This document shows, piece after piece, positions 10,682-20,769 of a DNA stretch of 64,000 bases. This stretch comes from Spirochaetia bacterium (GTDB lineage: Bacteria > Spirochaetota > Spirochaetia > SP-2023): positions 1,600,001 through 1,664,000 of the forward strand of contig OZ253665.1 in the NCBI GenBank assembly GCA_965263295.1. The letters are read 5' to 3'. The notes beneath the pieces were generated by a model, which ran no database searches, was not told where the DNA came from, and saw only the letters and a program-made list of their open reading frames with translations. Every line of letters starts with the position of its first letter. Position 1 is the stretch's first letter. A program made the translations under genes and the position numbers.

Positions 10682-11443
10682 ATGGCCGATGCTCCAGTGT
10701 CGCAAGGTCGCGCCGCCCTGGAAATCCAGGATCTGAGCAAGAGTTTTGGCCAACTGCAAGTTATTCAGAACTTAAGCTTCAGCTTGCCCTCGCATCAGAC
10801 ATTAGCACTCATCGGGCCTTCCGGCTGCGGTAAATCTAGCTTGCTAAACCTGATCAGCGGTCTCGACTGCGATTACAGTGGCCGGATTTGGCTTGCAGGT
10901 CGCGAACTGCAGCGAACAGAAAAACGTAGAGCCAGTAATGACATCGCGACTCAAGTGGGCTACATGCTTCAAAAAGATTTGTTGTTACCTTGGCGCAATA
11001 TTGAACAAAACGTTTTTTTGCCACAGGAGCTGCATCACTTGAACACATATTCGCGCGCAGAAGTCGACGAACTCTTTGCTCTCTTTGGTCTAGAAGGCTT
11101 CCGCAGGGCCTATCCACGGGAACTCAGTGGCGGAATGCGGCAACGCGCCAATCTACTGCGCACTTACACGCTAAAGAGCGACCTGCTACTACTCGACGAA
11201 CCATTTGGCGCTCTCGACGCTCTAACCAAGCAATCCTTGCAATATTGGTTTCTCGAAATGAGTAAGCTACAACCACGCAGTATTTTGTTGGTAACACACG
11301 ATATTCGTGAAGCCATCTTGCTTGCAGATCAAGTGTTAGCCTTATCAATGCGGCCTTGCCGCAGCTTGGCGCATTTTGACGTCAAAGGAACTATGTACGA
11401 CAAAGAGCTGGAACGAAATATATTCTCGTATCTGCGCAGTTAA
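10682..11443 (+). CDS. thiZ: ABC ATP-binding protein, ThiZ/SsuB-like
   Basis: GPSGCGKS, YMLQKDLLLPW, LSGGMRQR, LLDEPFGALD. Confidence 0.88.
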   Translation: MADAPVSQGRAALEIQDLSKSFGQLQVIQNLSFSLPSHQTLALIGPSGCGKSSLLNLISGLDCDYSGRIWLAGRELQRTEKRRASNDIATQVGYMLQKDLLLPWRNIEQNVFLPQELHHLNTYSRAEVDELFALFGLEGFRRAYPRELSGGMRQRANLLRTYTLKSDLLLLDEPFGALDALTKQSLQYWFLEMSKLQPRSILLVTHDIREAILLADQVLALSMRPCRSLAHFDVKGTMYDKELERNIFSYLRS

Positions 11444-11552
11444 TTGAGGGAGCCTGGTCTCACCGCCGGCGAGTATAGCGCAGGCTGCCTAAATTTCTTC
11501 CCCCAATTTTTCTACAATTGATTTCTCCTGGCTTTTACGCATCGTGCGGCGC

Positions 11553-11730
11553 ACACCATGCTGTCGCAGCGAGCTTGAACCCACGCGCAGGCTATAACAA
11601 GGCTTAAATCACCGAAATGAAGCAGCTAACGCACAATAATATCAACCGGGCCAAGGAATGTGCCGAAGCCTCTACCTAGCAAGCCGAGGTGTTGGCGAGT
11701 TAATTCAGCATCCTGAGACAAAGAACTGAA
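11553..11730 (-). ncRNA. ssrS: probable 6S RNA
   Basis: Minus strand folds as a rod. Closing stem TTGTC-T-CAGGATGCTGAATT pairs with GGTTCAAGCTCGCTGCGACAG, followed by a central bubble and inner stems GGCT/AGCC, AGGCTT/AAGCCT, GCACA/TGTGC. The 3' segment CCTGCG..GGGTTCAA..GCTGC.AC.GCA resembles known 6S 3' arms. Ends approximate. Confidence 0.7.
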
Positions 11731-11747
11731 GAAATAAAATCAGATCA

Positions 11748-11784
11748 GGAGGGTTATGGTGAGTAGCGCCCCATGAACCCCTCC
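11748..11784 (-). terminator. hairpin after rny (terminator or processing signal)
   Basis: GGAGGGGTTCATGG/CCATAACCCTCC stem about 20 nt after the rny stop; only a weak U-tract follows. Confidence 0.45.
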
Positions 11785-11805
11785 ATGTCCTATATTCAAA
11801 CTTTT

Positions 11806-13347
11806 CTATTTGGCATATTCAATTGCGCGAGTTTCGCGAATGATAGTCACGCGAATGTGCCCAGGATACTGCATCTCGGTCTCAATGCGCCGAACAATAA
11901 CCTTTGCCAACTCCCTAGCCGCCATATCCGAAACACTTTCATGGTTGACCATAATTCGCAACTCGCGTCCGGCCTGAACAGCATAGACTTTATCCACGCC
12001 ATCGTAGCTAAGCGCAATATTTTCGAGGTTTTCCAAACGCTTGATATAATTTTCCACGGACTCGCGCCGAGCGCCGGGACGAGCTGCCGACAAAGCATCG
12101 GCCAACTTGACTACAACCAGTTCGGGATGCGAGGCATCGGCATCGCCATGGTGGTCAGAAATGGCTTCAAGAACCAGTTCGTGTTCGCCCAGACGCCTAG
12201 TCAGCTCTTCACCGGCATGCGCGTGGTCCAAATCTGGATTATCTACCAACCCCTTGCCCACATCGTGCAATAGACCGCCACGCTTGCAGATTTCCGGATC
12301 CAGTCCCAGTTCCGCGCCAATCATGGCCGCGATCTTGGCGACCTCACAAGAATGGTGGAGAATATTCTGCCCATAGCTGGTACGAAAGTACAAACGCCCC
12401 AGGGCGCGCACGCCTTCGGGCTTCATATTGTGGATATTCAACTCGTAAAGAACCTTTTCAGCCTCTCTGCGCATCAACTGATTCAGTTCCTTGCTAACTT
12501 TATTAACGGTCTCTTCAATGCGCACCGGATGTATGCGACCGTCGACCACCAGGCGCTCCAGTGCGGTCTTGGCAATAGCCCTGCGCACCGGATCAAAACA
12601 AGAAATGACGACAGCTTCGGGGGTATCGTCGATAATGATGTCGACACCTGTGAGCGTTTCCAAAGAACGAATATTCCGCCCTTCCTTGCCGATAATGCGA
12701 CCTTTCATTTCTTCACTCGGCAGCGATACCGCTGTGACTGACTGCTCGGCCGCGACTTCGGTTCCAATACGCTGCATCGTAGTAATCAGAATATCGCGTG
12801 CGCGTAGTTCTGCATTCTCGCGAGCCTCTTCTTCAATCACCTGCAGGCGTTCATAAGCGTCATGATGCGCTTCTTTTTCCATAGCCTCAATAATTTGGCG
12901 CTTGGCCTCTTCGCGGTTCATGCCCGCAGTCAGCTCCAGCTTGCTGACTAATTCAGCCTTTTGCCCTTGGATTTCTTCTTCTTCTGTCACTAGCCGTTCT
13001 TTGGTTTGCTTTAGTTGGCTCTCCAGCGCATGTATTTCTTCCATCTTGCGCTCAAGATTGTCTTCTTTTCGCTCTAAGCGATTTTCACGCTTCTGCAAAT
13101 CACGATTCCGGTTTTCTGCAAGCTTCTCTGTGCGCTTTTGCTCCTTGAGTATCAACTGTTCCACTTCCAAAAGTCGATCTTTTTTGAGCTGTGCTGCGTC
13201 CCGCTCGGCCTCCTGCAGCGTGTTTTGTGCTGTACGCTCAATAGAGCTCGCATTGCTGCGAGCCATAACGAATCTTGCTATCCAGCCTAGAATAAAACCA
13301 ATAACGGGAAACAGAAAAAGGTATATTGTGTTTATATTCATTTTCAC
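11806..13347 (-). CDS. rny: ribonuclease Y
   Basis: N-terminal TM, coiled coil, KH domain (MKGRIIGKEGRNIR), HD domain (LLHDVGK, ADALSAARPGAR). Confidence 0.97.
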   Translation of the reverse strand: MKMNINTIYLFLFPVIGFILGWIARFVMARSNASSIERTAQNTLQEAERDAAQLKKDRLLEVEQLILKEQKRTEKLAENRNRDLQKRENRLERKEDNLERKMEEIHALESQLKQTKERLVTEEEEIQGQKAELVSKLELTAGMNREEAKRQIIEAMEKEAHHDAYERLQVIEEEARENAELRARDILITTMQRIGTEVAAEQSVTAVSLPSEEMKGRIIGKEGRNIRSLETLTGVDIIIDDTPEAVVISCFDPVRRAIAKTALERLVVDGRIHPVRIEETVNKVSKELNQLMRREAEKVLYELNIHNMKPEGVRALGRLYFRTSYGQNILHHSCEVAKIAAMIGAELGLDPEICKRGGLLHDVGKGLVDNPDLDHAHAGEELTRRLGEHELVLEAISDHHGDADASHPELVVVKLADALSAARPGARRESVENYIKRLENLENIALSYDGVDKVYAVQAGRELRIMVNHESVSDMAARELAKVIVRRIETEMQYPGHIRVTIIRETRAIEYAK

Positions 13348-13646
13348 TCTCCCTAACTGTATTTCACGAATTTAAATTGCACAACAATATACAAATGCAG
13401 AACCCGAATATTGAAGGCAATTATCAAATTTACTAATGTAGTTAAGTGAACGGTTCGGGGCAAGCTACCGAGGCGACGCAACGACAGGTAAAACGATGCA
13501 CTTGTCATTCTATATGCCAAGCATTGCAGTCAACTTAGCCACATACACACAGAACTGCAATTTTTTTTACAAACGTGAAAGAAAGGAGAAATTTTTATTT
13601 TATTATAAAATTCAAAACTAGTTAGAACCCAAACAAGTTCTGAATA

Positions 13647-13719
13647 TCGGGCTGGGCGGATTCGAACCGCCGACCACAAGTCCCCCAGACTTGTACGCTA
13701 ACCTCTGCGCTACAGCCCG
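13647..13719 (-). tRNA. tRNA-Pro(GGG)
   Basis: CGGGCTGTAGCGCAG...CT-GGG-GG...GGTTCGAATCC...CAGCCCGA cloverleaf; CCA not encoded. Confidence 0.93.
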
Positions 13720-13836
13720 TGCATATCAATTAGGATTTTATCATTCACAGAAGTCTTCTCAGGGTCAAGTGCCCGACGAGTTCCCCAAACAGATTCGGCA
13801 CAATTATTAGAAAAATTGTTTCTGTCAAAAATAAAT

Positions 13837-14676
13837 CTAGAGTTTTTCCCCCGGACGGTAAGCCCGCAACAGGACATGAGCCATCCAGCTGGCAGGCAGC
13901 CTCCGCACCAAGTGGTAGACTAGAGAACCGCACAAGCCAACTGTGATAATCTCCTTTCTTTTCGCAATCCCGTGCAAAATACCCCGGGATATTCTCTCTG
14001 GAGGAGCGATAAGCAGGGCTTCAAGCCCAGAAAACTGCTTGTGTAAGCCACTTTGATAATACATATTCGTAGCCATGCCTCCGATCAGCGAAATACTCAG
14101 CAGGCCGCGCGTGGCAGCAAAACCGCAATCAGCCCGCTGCTCTTGCGCCACAGCCTGCACAAAAGACAATAGCGCAGCCTTGCTGGCTGAATATATCGCC
14201 TGATAAGGCAGCGGAAAAATGCAAGCATAACTGCCGGCCACATGTAAAAAGCCACCGCGCTGCCGAAAATACGGCAATAAATCTAGAACTAGGCGCATTA
14301 CGTTCACCAGGTTCACCTGCAACAACTCCTGATAAGCACGCCAGGTCTCAGCGATATCCCCTCCAATAAAGTCCTGATAACAAGTTTTACCCGTAGCTAC
14401 AATCATGCCATCCACGGCGGCCTGCCGGATTCGCTCGGCAAATGCGGCCATATCCTCGCCGGCAACAGTCCAGGCTTCCAGTCCAGCCCTTGGCCCGGCA
14501 CCTGGCGCCTGCAAATTCTCAGACAGGTTCTCCAGCTTATCCGCGTTGCGGCCGGCCAACACCAAGCCAGCCGCCTGATCGCGCAGTTCACGACACAAAG
14601 CCTCTCCCAAGCCTCCCGTGGCGCCATAGACAAGCACTTTTTTCCCGCGATAAAAATTACGCTGCTTTTTGTTCAT
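13837..14676 (-). CDS. short-chain dehydrogenase/reductase
   Basis: YGATGGLG Rossmann motif and YSASK catalytic motif; ATG 14676 with AGGAG RBS. Confidence 0.88.
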   Translation of the reverse strand: MNKKQRNFYRGKKVLVYGATGGLGEALCRELRDQAAGLVLAGRNADKLENLSENLQAPGAGPRAGLEAWTVAGEDMAAFAERIRQAAVDGMIVATGKTCYQDFIGGDIAETWRAYQELLQVNLVNVMRLVLDLLPYFRQRGGFLHVAGSYACIFPLPYQAIYSASKAALLSFVQAVAQEQRADCGFAATRGLLSISLIGGMATNMYYQSGLHKQFSGLEALLIAPPERISRGILHGIAKRKEIITVGLCGSLVYHLVRRLPASWMAHVLLRAYRPGEKL

Positions 14677-14888
14677 GACTGGAACTCCTACCAAATCGCC
14701 AAATCAATTAGTCAATTAATCATTCAACCGGAGAGCCGACCCGTAAAATCGGATTCTTGCGGCCCAGATTTTCCCTCCCTCCAGAAGACAGCAGCTTTAT
14801 ATCAGCCGGCCAACTCCACCGGCGCCATATTTTCGCAGTGGCAAGTCCCTGCCGCAGCCACAAAACGAATGACCCGGCAGTGAAGCTT

Positions 14889-15947
14889 CTAACGCAGGCG
14901 CTTGCGCCGCCACTTGTAGTCCACCTTGACCTGCAGGTCAAGCTGCACAGGGCAGCCAAATTCGCGGCGCACCGCTCGACTGCTGCGCTTGCAGATTTCA
15001 CGGATGCGAGTTCCCCCCTTGCCGACCAGTATGCCTTTCTGCGACTCGCGTTCGACCTGTAAAAATGCCCGCACCCACAAGCCCCTCTCCGGCCAGTCCG
15101 CGCGGGCAAGCCCCTGCAGCTGAGCCGCCGCCCCATCAATTTGGGCCAACGGGCGGCTTTCCAAGTCCGCGACATGCACATACAGAGCATATGGCAGCTC
15201 GCGGCCACAGAAAGGCAGCGCCTGCTCCCGAATCAATTCCTGAATGCGAAACTGTGGCTCCTGGTCGGTATAGACATCGGCCTCGTAAAGTGGCTCACCT
15301 GCGGGCAATTGCCGCCCCAGGAACTGCAACATGGCTTCGAGTCCGTGGCCCTTACTGGCCGAAATCTCAAAACACTGTTCACGGGATAGCTGCGGAAAAT
15401 AATGGCGCAGCAATTCCAGATATTGCGCAAACCTCTGCGCACGCAGGCTCTTGTCGGCCAGCAGATCGGTCTTATTCAAGGCGATGACCAGGGGAAATGA
15501 AGCGCAAGCTTCCTGCCCGATAACTCCCCGCAACAAAGCCAGCAACCCAGGCTCTTCTCCGCCAGCTGGCTGCGAAGCATCAAAGGCGCAACCATCTGTA
15601 AAAGCTTGCGACCTTGATCTAGGCACAGACTTCGGCGGGCGACTGAGATCCAGCAGATACAACACAGCTTCGGCCTCCCGCACAGCGCGGGAGAGCTCCT
15701 CGCGCAATTGCCCAGCCAGAAAGTCTTCAGTTTCAGTAAAACCGGGAGTATCGAGAAATACCACTTGGCTAGCCGGCCGATTGACGATGCCGCGAATCAC
15801 ATTGCGCGTGGTTTGCGGCTTGGGAGAAGTAATCGCCACTTTCTGGCCGCACAACGCATTCAACAGCGTGGACTTACCCGAAGAAGGTCGCCCCACCAGG
15901 GCGACAAAACCCGCGCGAAAGGTTTCGCTTCGCTCATCTTTGATCAT
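14889..15947 (-). CDS. era: GTPase Era (with extra insertions)
   Basis: GRPSSGKST, PQTTR, DTPG, NKTD, ISA; KH domain SQKGILVGKGG. Confidence 0.93.
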   Translation of the reverse strand: MIKDERSETFRAGFVALVGRPSSGKSTLLNALCGQKVAITSPKPQTTRNVIRGIVNRPASQVVFLDTPGFTETEDFLAGQLREELSRAVREAEAVLYLLDLSRPPKSVPRSRSQAFTDGCAFDASQPAGGEEPGLLALLRGVIGQEACASFPLVIALNKTDLLADKSLRAQRFAQYLELLRHYFPQLSREQCFEISASKGHGLEAMLQFLGRQLPAGEPLYEADVYTDQEPQFRIQELIREQALPFCGRELPYALYVHVADLESRPLAQIDGAAAQLQGLARADWPERGLWVRAFLQVERESQKGILVGKGGTRIREICKRSSRAVRREFGCPVQLDLQVKVDYKWRRKRLR

Positions 15948-15965
15948 GCACTACTCCATTCCGAC

Positions 15966-17375
15966 TCAAAGAAAGTGCTGTATCAGGTCGGGGAACTCTG
16001 GCTGCAGGGCCTGGAGCAGGTCATGATACTGGGAACTGCGCCCATCTTCACGGTCGCCATACAGCTTCGCCAGCCAATATAGGCTGGCACAATGCCCAGT
16101 ATCGCGCTGCAAGACTTCGAGAAAACTGCGTTCCGCTTCGGCATAATCACCCTCCAGATACCGACTCACCCCGTGATAATACGGCAACTGCCATTTCAGC
16201 GGGGCCCGCCAGCCCAATTCGCGCGCGCGGGACAGGGCCTTGCTCGCGCTGCGCCCCGGCTTCGCCGCGCCAGCCGCGTCTCCCTCCGCTGTCGCGGTCT
16301 CAGCTGCCAGGTCGCGCAGGCTCGCCACATCGCTGCCATAGAGCAAGCAGAGTCCGCGCAGATACCAGAGTGGCCCACTCTGCGGATGCTCTCGCAGCAA
16401 CTCATCCAGATCAGCCAGTGGCGTCAACCACAGGGCGGCCTTAAGCCCGGCTGTCGCCTCGGTGCCATAGATGTCGAGGAATTCACGCAGCGCCTCCGTT
16501 TTCAGACCGGTGTTGTCTGGGCTGCCATCGCTCTGTCCTCCTCCGGCCTCATACAGCTTGTCCGCCTGCAGAGCCCGCTGCAAATCATTGTACATTGTCG
16601 CCCAACGCAGCTGCAGAGCCTTGGCCGCCTCGTCATTGCCCTGCATCTGCTCACAAATGCCCAGACTTTGCAGGTAACTATGGCATTTGCCCCACAGCGG
16701 GTTCTCAGGCGACAACGCCAACTGCTGGGCAGAGATAAAAGCCTCGTAGGCAGCCGGAAAATTCCAGCACTGCAGGTAATAATATCCCAACTGATAATAG
16801 CAGCGGGCGTCCATGCTGTCGCTCTGTAAGAGCTGCTTGTAGACCAAAGACGCCCGTTCCCAGGCATCTCTGCAGTCGGCGAAGCGTTGCTCCTGCAGGG
16901 CCTGCTCTGCTTCCTGTTCATAAAGGTAACTCAACTCCAGCAATGGCCAATTGGCAGACGGCAGGAGGAAAAGCAAAATACCTACGGTATCGCGAGCATT
17001 TTGCCATAGTTTTTGCGCATACTGATCGCGCAAACGATCCTGTAAAATATGCGGCAACTCCGGCTCCAGCGCCAGCAGAAAGTCCTTGTAATAACTGCAG
17101 TGCTCATGCTTCGGCTCGTACAAGGCGATATACAAGATGCCATCCACGATGCCATCCCAATCCAAGGCCGCAGTATCCGTTTCTACTTCAGCCGCCGCTT
17201 GGCGCAGAATATACGGCAGGGGAATCGCTGGATCAATTTGCGAGACAAAACTCAGACCCCCTGCGTTTTCCATATTTTCTACGTTTTCAGCGCCACTTTC
17301 ACTCGGCTCTTCGTCTGTATGCTGCAGACGCTCACGTATCGCCTCGCGGTCCAACTGAATATATAATAGTTCCAT
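15966..17375 (-). CDS. TPR-repeat protein
   Basis: Helical repeats such as YYQLGYYY..AYEAF, WYLRGLC, YYHGVSRYLEGDY.EAE..F. Confidence 0.7.
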   Translation of the reverse strand: MELLYIQLDREAIRERLQHTDEEPSESGAENVENMENAGGLSFVSQIDPAIPLPYILRQAAAEVETDTAALDWDGIVDGILYIALYEPKHEHCSYYKDFLLALEPELPHILQDRLRDQYAQKLWQNARDTVGILLFLLPSANWPLLELSYLYEQEAEQALQEQRFADCRDAWERASLVYKQLLQSDSMDARCYYQLGYYYLQCWNFPAAYEAFISAQQLALSPENPLWGKCHSYLQSLGICEQMQGNDEAAKALQLRWATMYNDLQRALQADKLYEAGGGQSDGSPDNTGLKTEALREFLDIYGTEATAGLKAALWLTPLADLDELLREHPQSGPLWYLRGLCLLYGSDVASLRDLAAETATAEGDAAGAAKPGRSASKALSRARELGWRAPLKWQLPYYHGVSRYLEGDYAEAERSFLEVLQRDTGHCASLYWLAKLYGDREDGRSSQYHDLLQALQPEFPDLIQHFL

Positions 17376-17497
17376 GCTCTGAAAAAATCCTTACAAACCC
17401 GATCTTAGACAAAAAAACATCTTATTCTTAACATTCGCTCCAGATAATGTCAAAACAAACTCAAACTGCTAGGGAAGCAGCCGAGGCGGGACAAACT

Positions 17498-18820
17498 TCA
17501 AATTTTCCTCTGGGCGTGAATATTGAGCACCAGCCCCAGTGACGACATGGCTGTTATCAACGCAGAGCCCCCATAAGATACCAATAGCAAAGGTATTCCA
17601 GTAATAGGTACCAAGTGGATAGTCATTCCCACATTCTGAATAAAATGAAAAAAGAACATACCCGAAACGCCAATTACAATTGAACGCAGCACGAGATCCT
17701 GGCAGGCGCGCGCAATTAAAATCATGCGTAAAATCAACATAAAATAAATCACAAAAACCAGTGAAGCGACAAAAAAACCGCCTTCCTCGCCAATGATGGC
17801 AAACAAAAAGTCAGTACTTTGGCTCTGCTCCGGCAAATACCCATAATGGGCAATCAGTCCCTGCAGATAACCCTTGCCCCACATGCCGCCGGAACCAATA
17901 GCCCGCAGCGACTGCGTCAAGTTCCAGCCTGAAGCCAGCTTATCGAGATCCGGATTCAAAAAGCTGACGATGCGGTCTTTCATGTAGGGCTTCATCCAGG
18001 AGTTGAAGAACCAGGTAATCATGGAAGCACTGAGCAAAAGTAGATTGACGCTGATCGCGACACGGTAGAACGGCAATTTCAAATACAGCAGGCCCACTAC
18101 AGAGAAGAGCAGCAAGAGCCCCAAACCACCTAAATAAATCATAAAAGTTTGAGGTACGCTAAAGACATGAGCCAGGTTCCAGATGAAGCTGCCAATCTCG
18201 GCATAGGGCTCCCAAATTTGCAAAAACAGCAGGAATACGAACAAGAGCCCAAACAAAAACAGGTGGTTGAGCCAGACAAAATTGCCACCCATCACATAGA
18301 GACTGATAAACCAGATCGGCGCAAATACCGAGGCTGTGCCGATATCCCCCTGAAAAATAACCAGAGCCATCGGCAAAATCGTGATGCCCAGGCTGACCAA
18401 AAACGTCACGATGCCCGCACGCTTTTCTTCGCTGCGCGAGCCCAAATATTTTCCCAAAAAGATAATGTAACAAAATTTAGCGAACTCTGAAGGTTGAATG
18501 CCCAGACCGAAAAGCCCCAGCCAGGCCCTAGTCCCATAACGGCTAGTCGCCAGCAAACCAGTCAGCAACAGCACGACCATGACGCCAAAGTAAAGCTGGC
18601 TGCTGTAGCCCAGCAAAAAGTCCAGCTTGATACGGCTCAATAGCAACAGCATCAAAGTCCCGACGATAATCCACACCAGCTGACGTAAAAACTGATAGCT
18701 CTCAATTTCGCCTTCCGCAGATAAACTACTGGAAAATATATATAACTCACCCAATATTAAAAGCGCTGCCGTACAGGCAATTAAGATAAGATCAATGGGA
18801 TCTTCTTGTAAGTTACGCAA
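17498..18820 (-). CDS. rodA: rod shape-determining SEDS protein RodA
   Basis: IQPSEFAK, Q.DIGTA, AIGSGG.WGKG, TDFLFA.IGEEGG, P.TGIPL..SYGGS. Confidence 0.95.
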   Translation of the reverse strand: MRNLQEDPIDLILIACTAALLILGELYIFSSSLSAEGEIESYQFLRQLVWIIVGTLMLLLLSRIKLDFLLGYSSQLYFGVMVVLLLTGLLATSRYGTRAWLGLFGLGIQPSEFAKFCYIIFLGKYLGSRSEEKRAGIVTFLVSLGITILPMALVIFQGDIGTASVFAPIWFISLYVMGGNFVWLNHLFLFGLLFVFLLFLQIWEPYAEIGSFIWNLAHVFSVPQTFMIYLGGLGLLLLFSVVGLLYLKLPFYRVAISVNLLLLSASMITWFFNSWMKPYMKDRIVSFLNPDLDKLASGWNLTQSLRAIGSGGMWGKGYLQGLIAHYGYLPEQSQSTDFLFAIIGEEGGFFVASLVFVIYFMLILRMILIARACQDLVLRSIVIGVSGMFFFHFIQNVGMTIHLVPITGIPLLLVSYGGSALITAMSSLGLVLNIHAQRKI

Positions 18821-18852
18821 TATTAAAAACCCTCCAGCGGAATCAATGTAGC

Positions 18853-20769
18853 CTACTGTGCCAGCGACTGTCGCGACGCCGGTTTTCCTTCAACTTGCTT
18901 ATATTTTTCAGGGACCTTCATCAAATAATGGAACCAGACTCGCCGCTTTTTATAGTTTTCCCAGACTTCTTCGTAAGTCTCGTTGGCAAAAACTCCCCGG
19001 TAAATGATGTCGGCAGCACGAGGTGCCCACCAGTCGTAGCTTTCTCCCGGAGCACTGGGGTCTGCTTCCACATGAGTGACGACAACCAACCGTTCTAGCG
19101 GATCGTCGGTTTCGTAAGGGCCATAGGACGCAAACCAGGAGTCCCAGCTATCAGAGAGACCCATCTGCGCCGTTCCCGTCTTCGCGGCGATGTCTACAAC
19201 ACCGTTGTAGACGCTGCCGCGCGCGGTACCACGCAATACTACCTGGCGCATGCCATATTTGATTTGCCGGAAAACGCTGCTTTCTAGCTGCATGTCGTAT
19301 AATATCTCTGGTCTCGACACACTCTCTTCTGAGCCATCTTTACGATATTGATTGTGAATTTTCTGCAACAATGAAGGTTTATAGGCCACCCCATCGTTGA
19401 CAATGGCCGAAGTATATACAGCCACCTGCAATGGAGTCACCAACATAAAACCTTGTCCAATAGAAATATTCAGAGTGTCGCCCTGAGTCCACACCTGATT
19501 GTACTTCTGGTACTTCCACTCCGCGCTGGGCACCAAACCGGGCTTCTCGCCAGGCAAATCAACCTCCGTCAGTTGTCCAAAACCATACTTACGCGCATAT
19601 TTGGTAATATTGGCCTCGCCGACGTAGCGCACGCCGACCACACCAAAATATACATTGTTTGAATCAGCAATCGCATCAATCAAGTTTTCATTGCCATGCC
19701 CCCCCCGCAACCAAGAATGAAAAAGGCGATTACCGAGCTGCCAATAGCCGGGATCGAAAATATACTCTTTGGGAGAAAAACTGTGTTCGGCCAACATAGC
19801 CGTAGCTACTACCAACTTGAAGCTCGAAGCTGGCGGATATTCCGACTGAATGGCACGGTTAAGCAACGGCCTGCGCGGGTCATTGACGATGTCCTGGAAG
19901 CGCCTACTACTGCTGAAATCCGCAAGCTGGAACCAAGGTTTAGATACCATCGCCAGGATTTCGCCCGTTGCCGGACGCATCACGACCACACTGCCGACAT
20001 GATCGCCCAGGGCTTGCTCCGCAAGTTTCTGGATGCGACGATCAATAGATAAGGTAAGTGAAGAACCGGTTTTCGGCGGATCAATGCGCTCATCCAGCAT
20101 ATTTCCCTTCGCATCCACCACCTGAATACGGCTGCCGTCATAACCGCGCAATATCGTATCGTAATACTGCTCAATGCCAGTTTTACCAATACGAGTGTTT
20201 TTTTGGTACTGATCGTTGTACAAGACCTCCAGCTCGCGATCGGAAATCTCCCCCACGTAGCCGACAACGTGAATGATTGAACCATCATCAATCAGATTGC
20301 GCTCAGGACGACTCGTGTAACTGACGCCCAATAAACGATCACGGCGCTCGGCAATCTGCTTGATCACATCTATATGAACGTCGCGCTTGAGCTGAATAGG
20401 TTGCGGCAAGTTTCTACTCCCACTGACTTCGACCTCCAGCTTGCTGCGGTCAATATCAAGCACTTGTGCCAGCAAATCCAACTCATCGGCAAGCTGGGCA
20501 GAAGGTACATGGGCAGGTGTTAGGTAGACCGTAAAAACATCAATGTTGTCGACTATTGGAGTCTGATCATCATTGTAATAAATCAGGCCGCGCTTGGCAC
20601 TCAGCCGTTCTGGACGTTCTGTTATCTGCACGGCCTCCGAAGCGTAGGTATCGCCTTCAAAAATCTGCAAACTGAATAACTTAACAAACCATATAATAAA
20701 AAATAAAGCTATAATCGCTATATATATCAAATAACGAAGTTCAGCAATATCCAACTTAGACTGAGCCAT
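18853..20769 (-). CDS. mrdA: penicillin-binding protein 2
   Basis: N-terminal TM, RG.IY, GKTGIE, SxxK (SSFK), SxN (SNN), KTGT; follows mreBCD. Confidence 0.93.
   Translation of the reverse strand: MAQSKLDIAELRYLIYIAIIALFFIIWFVKLFSLQIFEGDTYASEAVQITERPERLSAKRGLIYYNDDQTPIVDNIDVFTVYLTPAHVPSAQLADELDLLAQVLDIDRSKLEVEVSGSRNLPQPIQLKRDVHIDVIKQIAERRDRLLGVSYTSRPERNLIDDGSIIHVVGYVGEISDRELEVLYNDQYQKNTRIGKTGIEQYYDTILRGYDGSRIQVVDAKGNMLDERIDPPKTGSSLTLSIDRRIQKLAEQALGDHVGSVVVMRPATGEILAMVSKPWFQLADFSSSRRFQDIVNDPRRPLLNRAIQSEYPPASSFKLVVATAMLAEHSFSPKEYIFDPGYWQLGNRLFHSWLRGGHGNENLIDAIADSNNVYFGVVGVRYVGEANITKYARKYGFGQLTEVDLPGEKPGLVPSAEWKYQKYNQVWTQGDTLNISIGQGFMLVTPLQVAVYTSAIVNDGVAYKPSLLQKIHNQYRKDGSEESVSRPEILYDMQLESSVFRQIKYGMRQVVLRGTARGSVYNGVVDIAAKTGTAQMGLSDSWDSWFASYGPYETDDPLERLVVVTHVEADPSAPGESYDWWAPRAADIIYRGVFANETYEEVWENYKKRRVWFHYLMKVPEKYKQVEGKPASRQSLAQ

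Noticed and set aside
11600..11670. Plus-strand TCACCGAAATGAAGCAGC...ATGTGCCG resembling SRP (4.5S) RNA domain IV
   Set aside because: It lacks the invariant CAGG opposite AGCA and the GNRA tetraloop. The pairing works better on the minus strand, where a 6S fold explains it.
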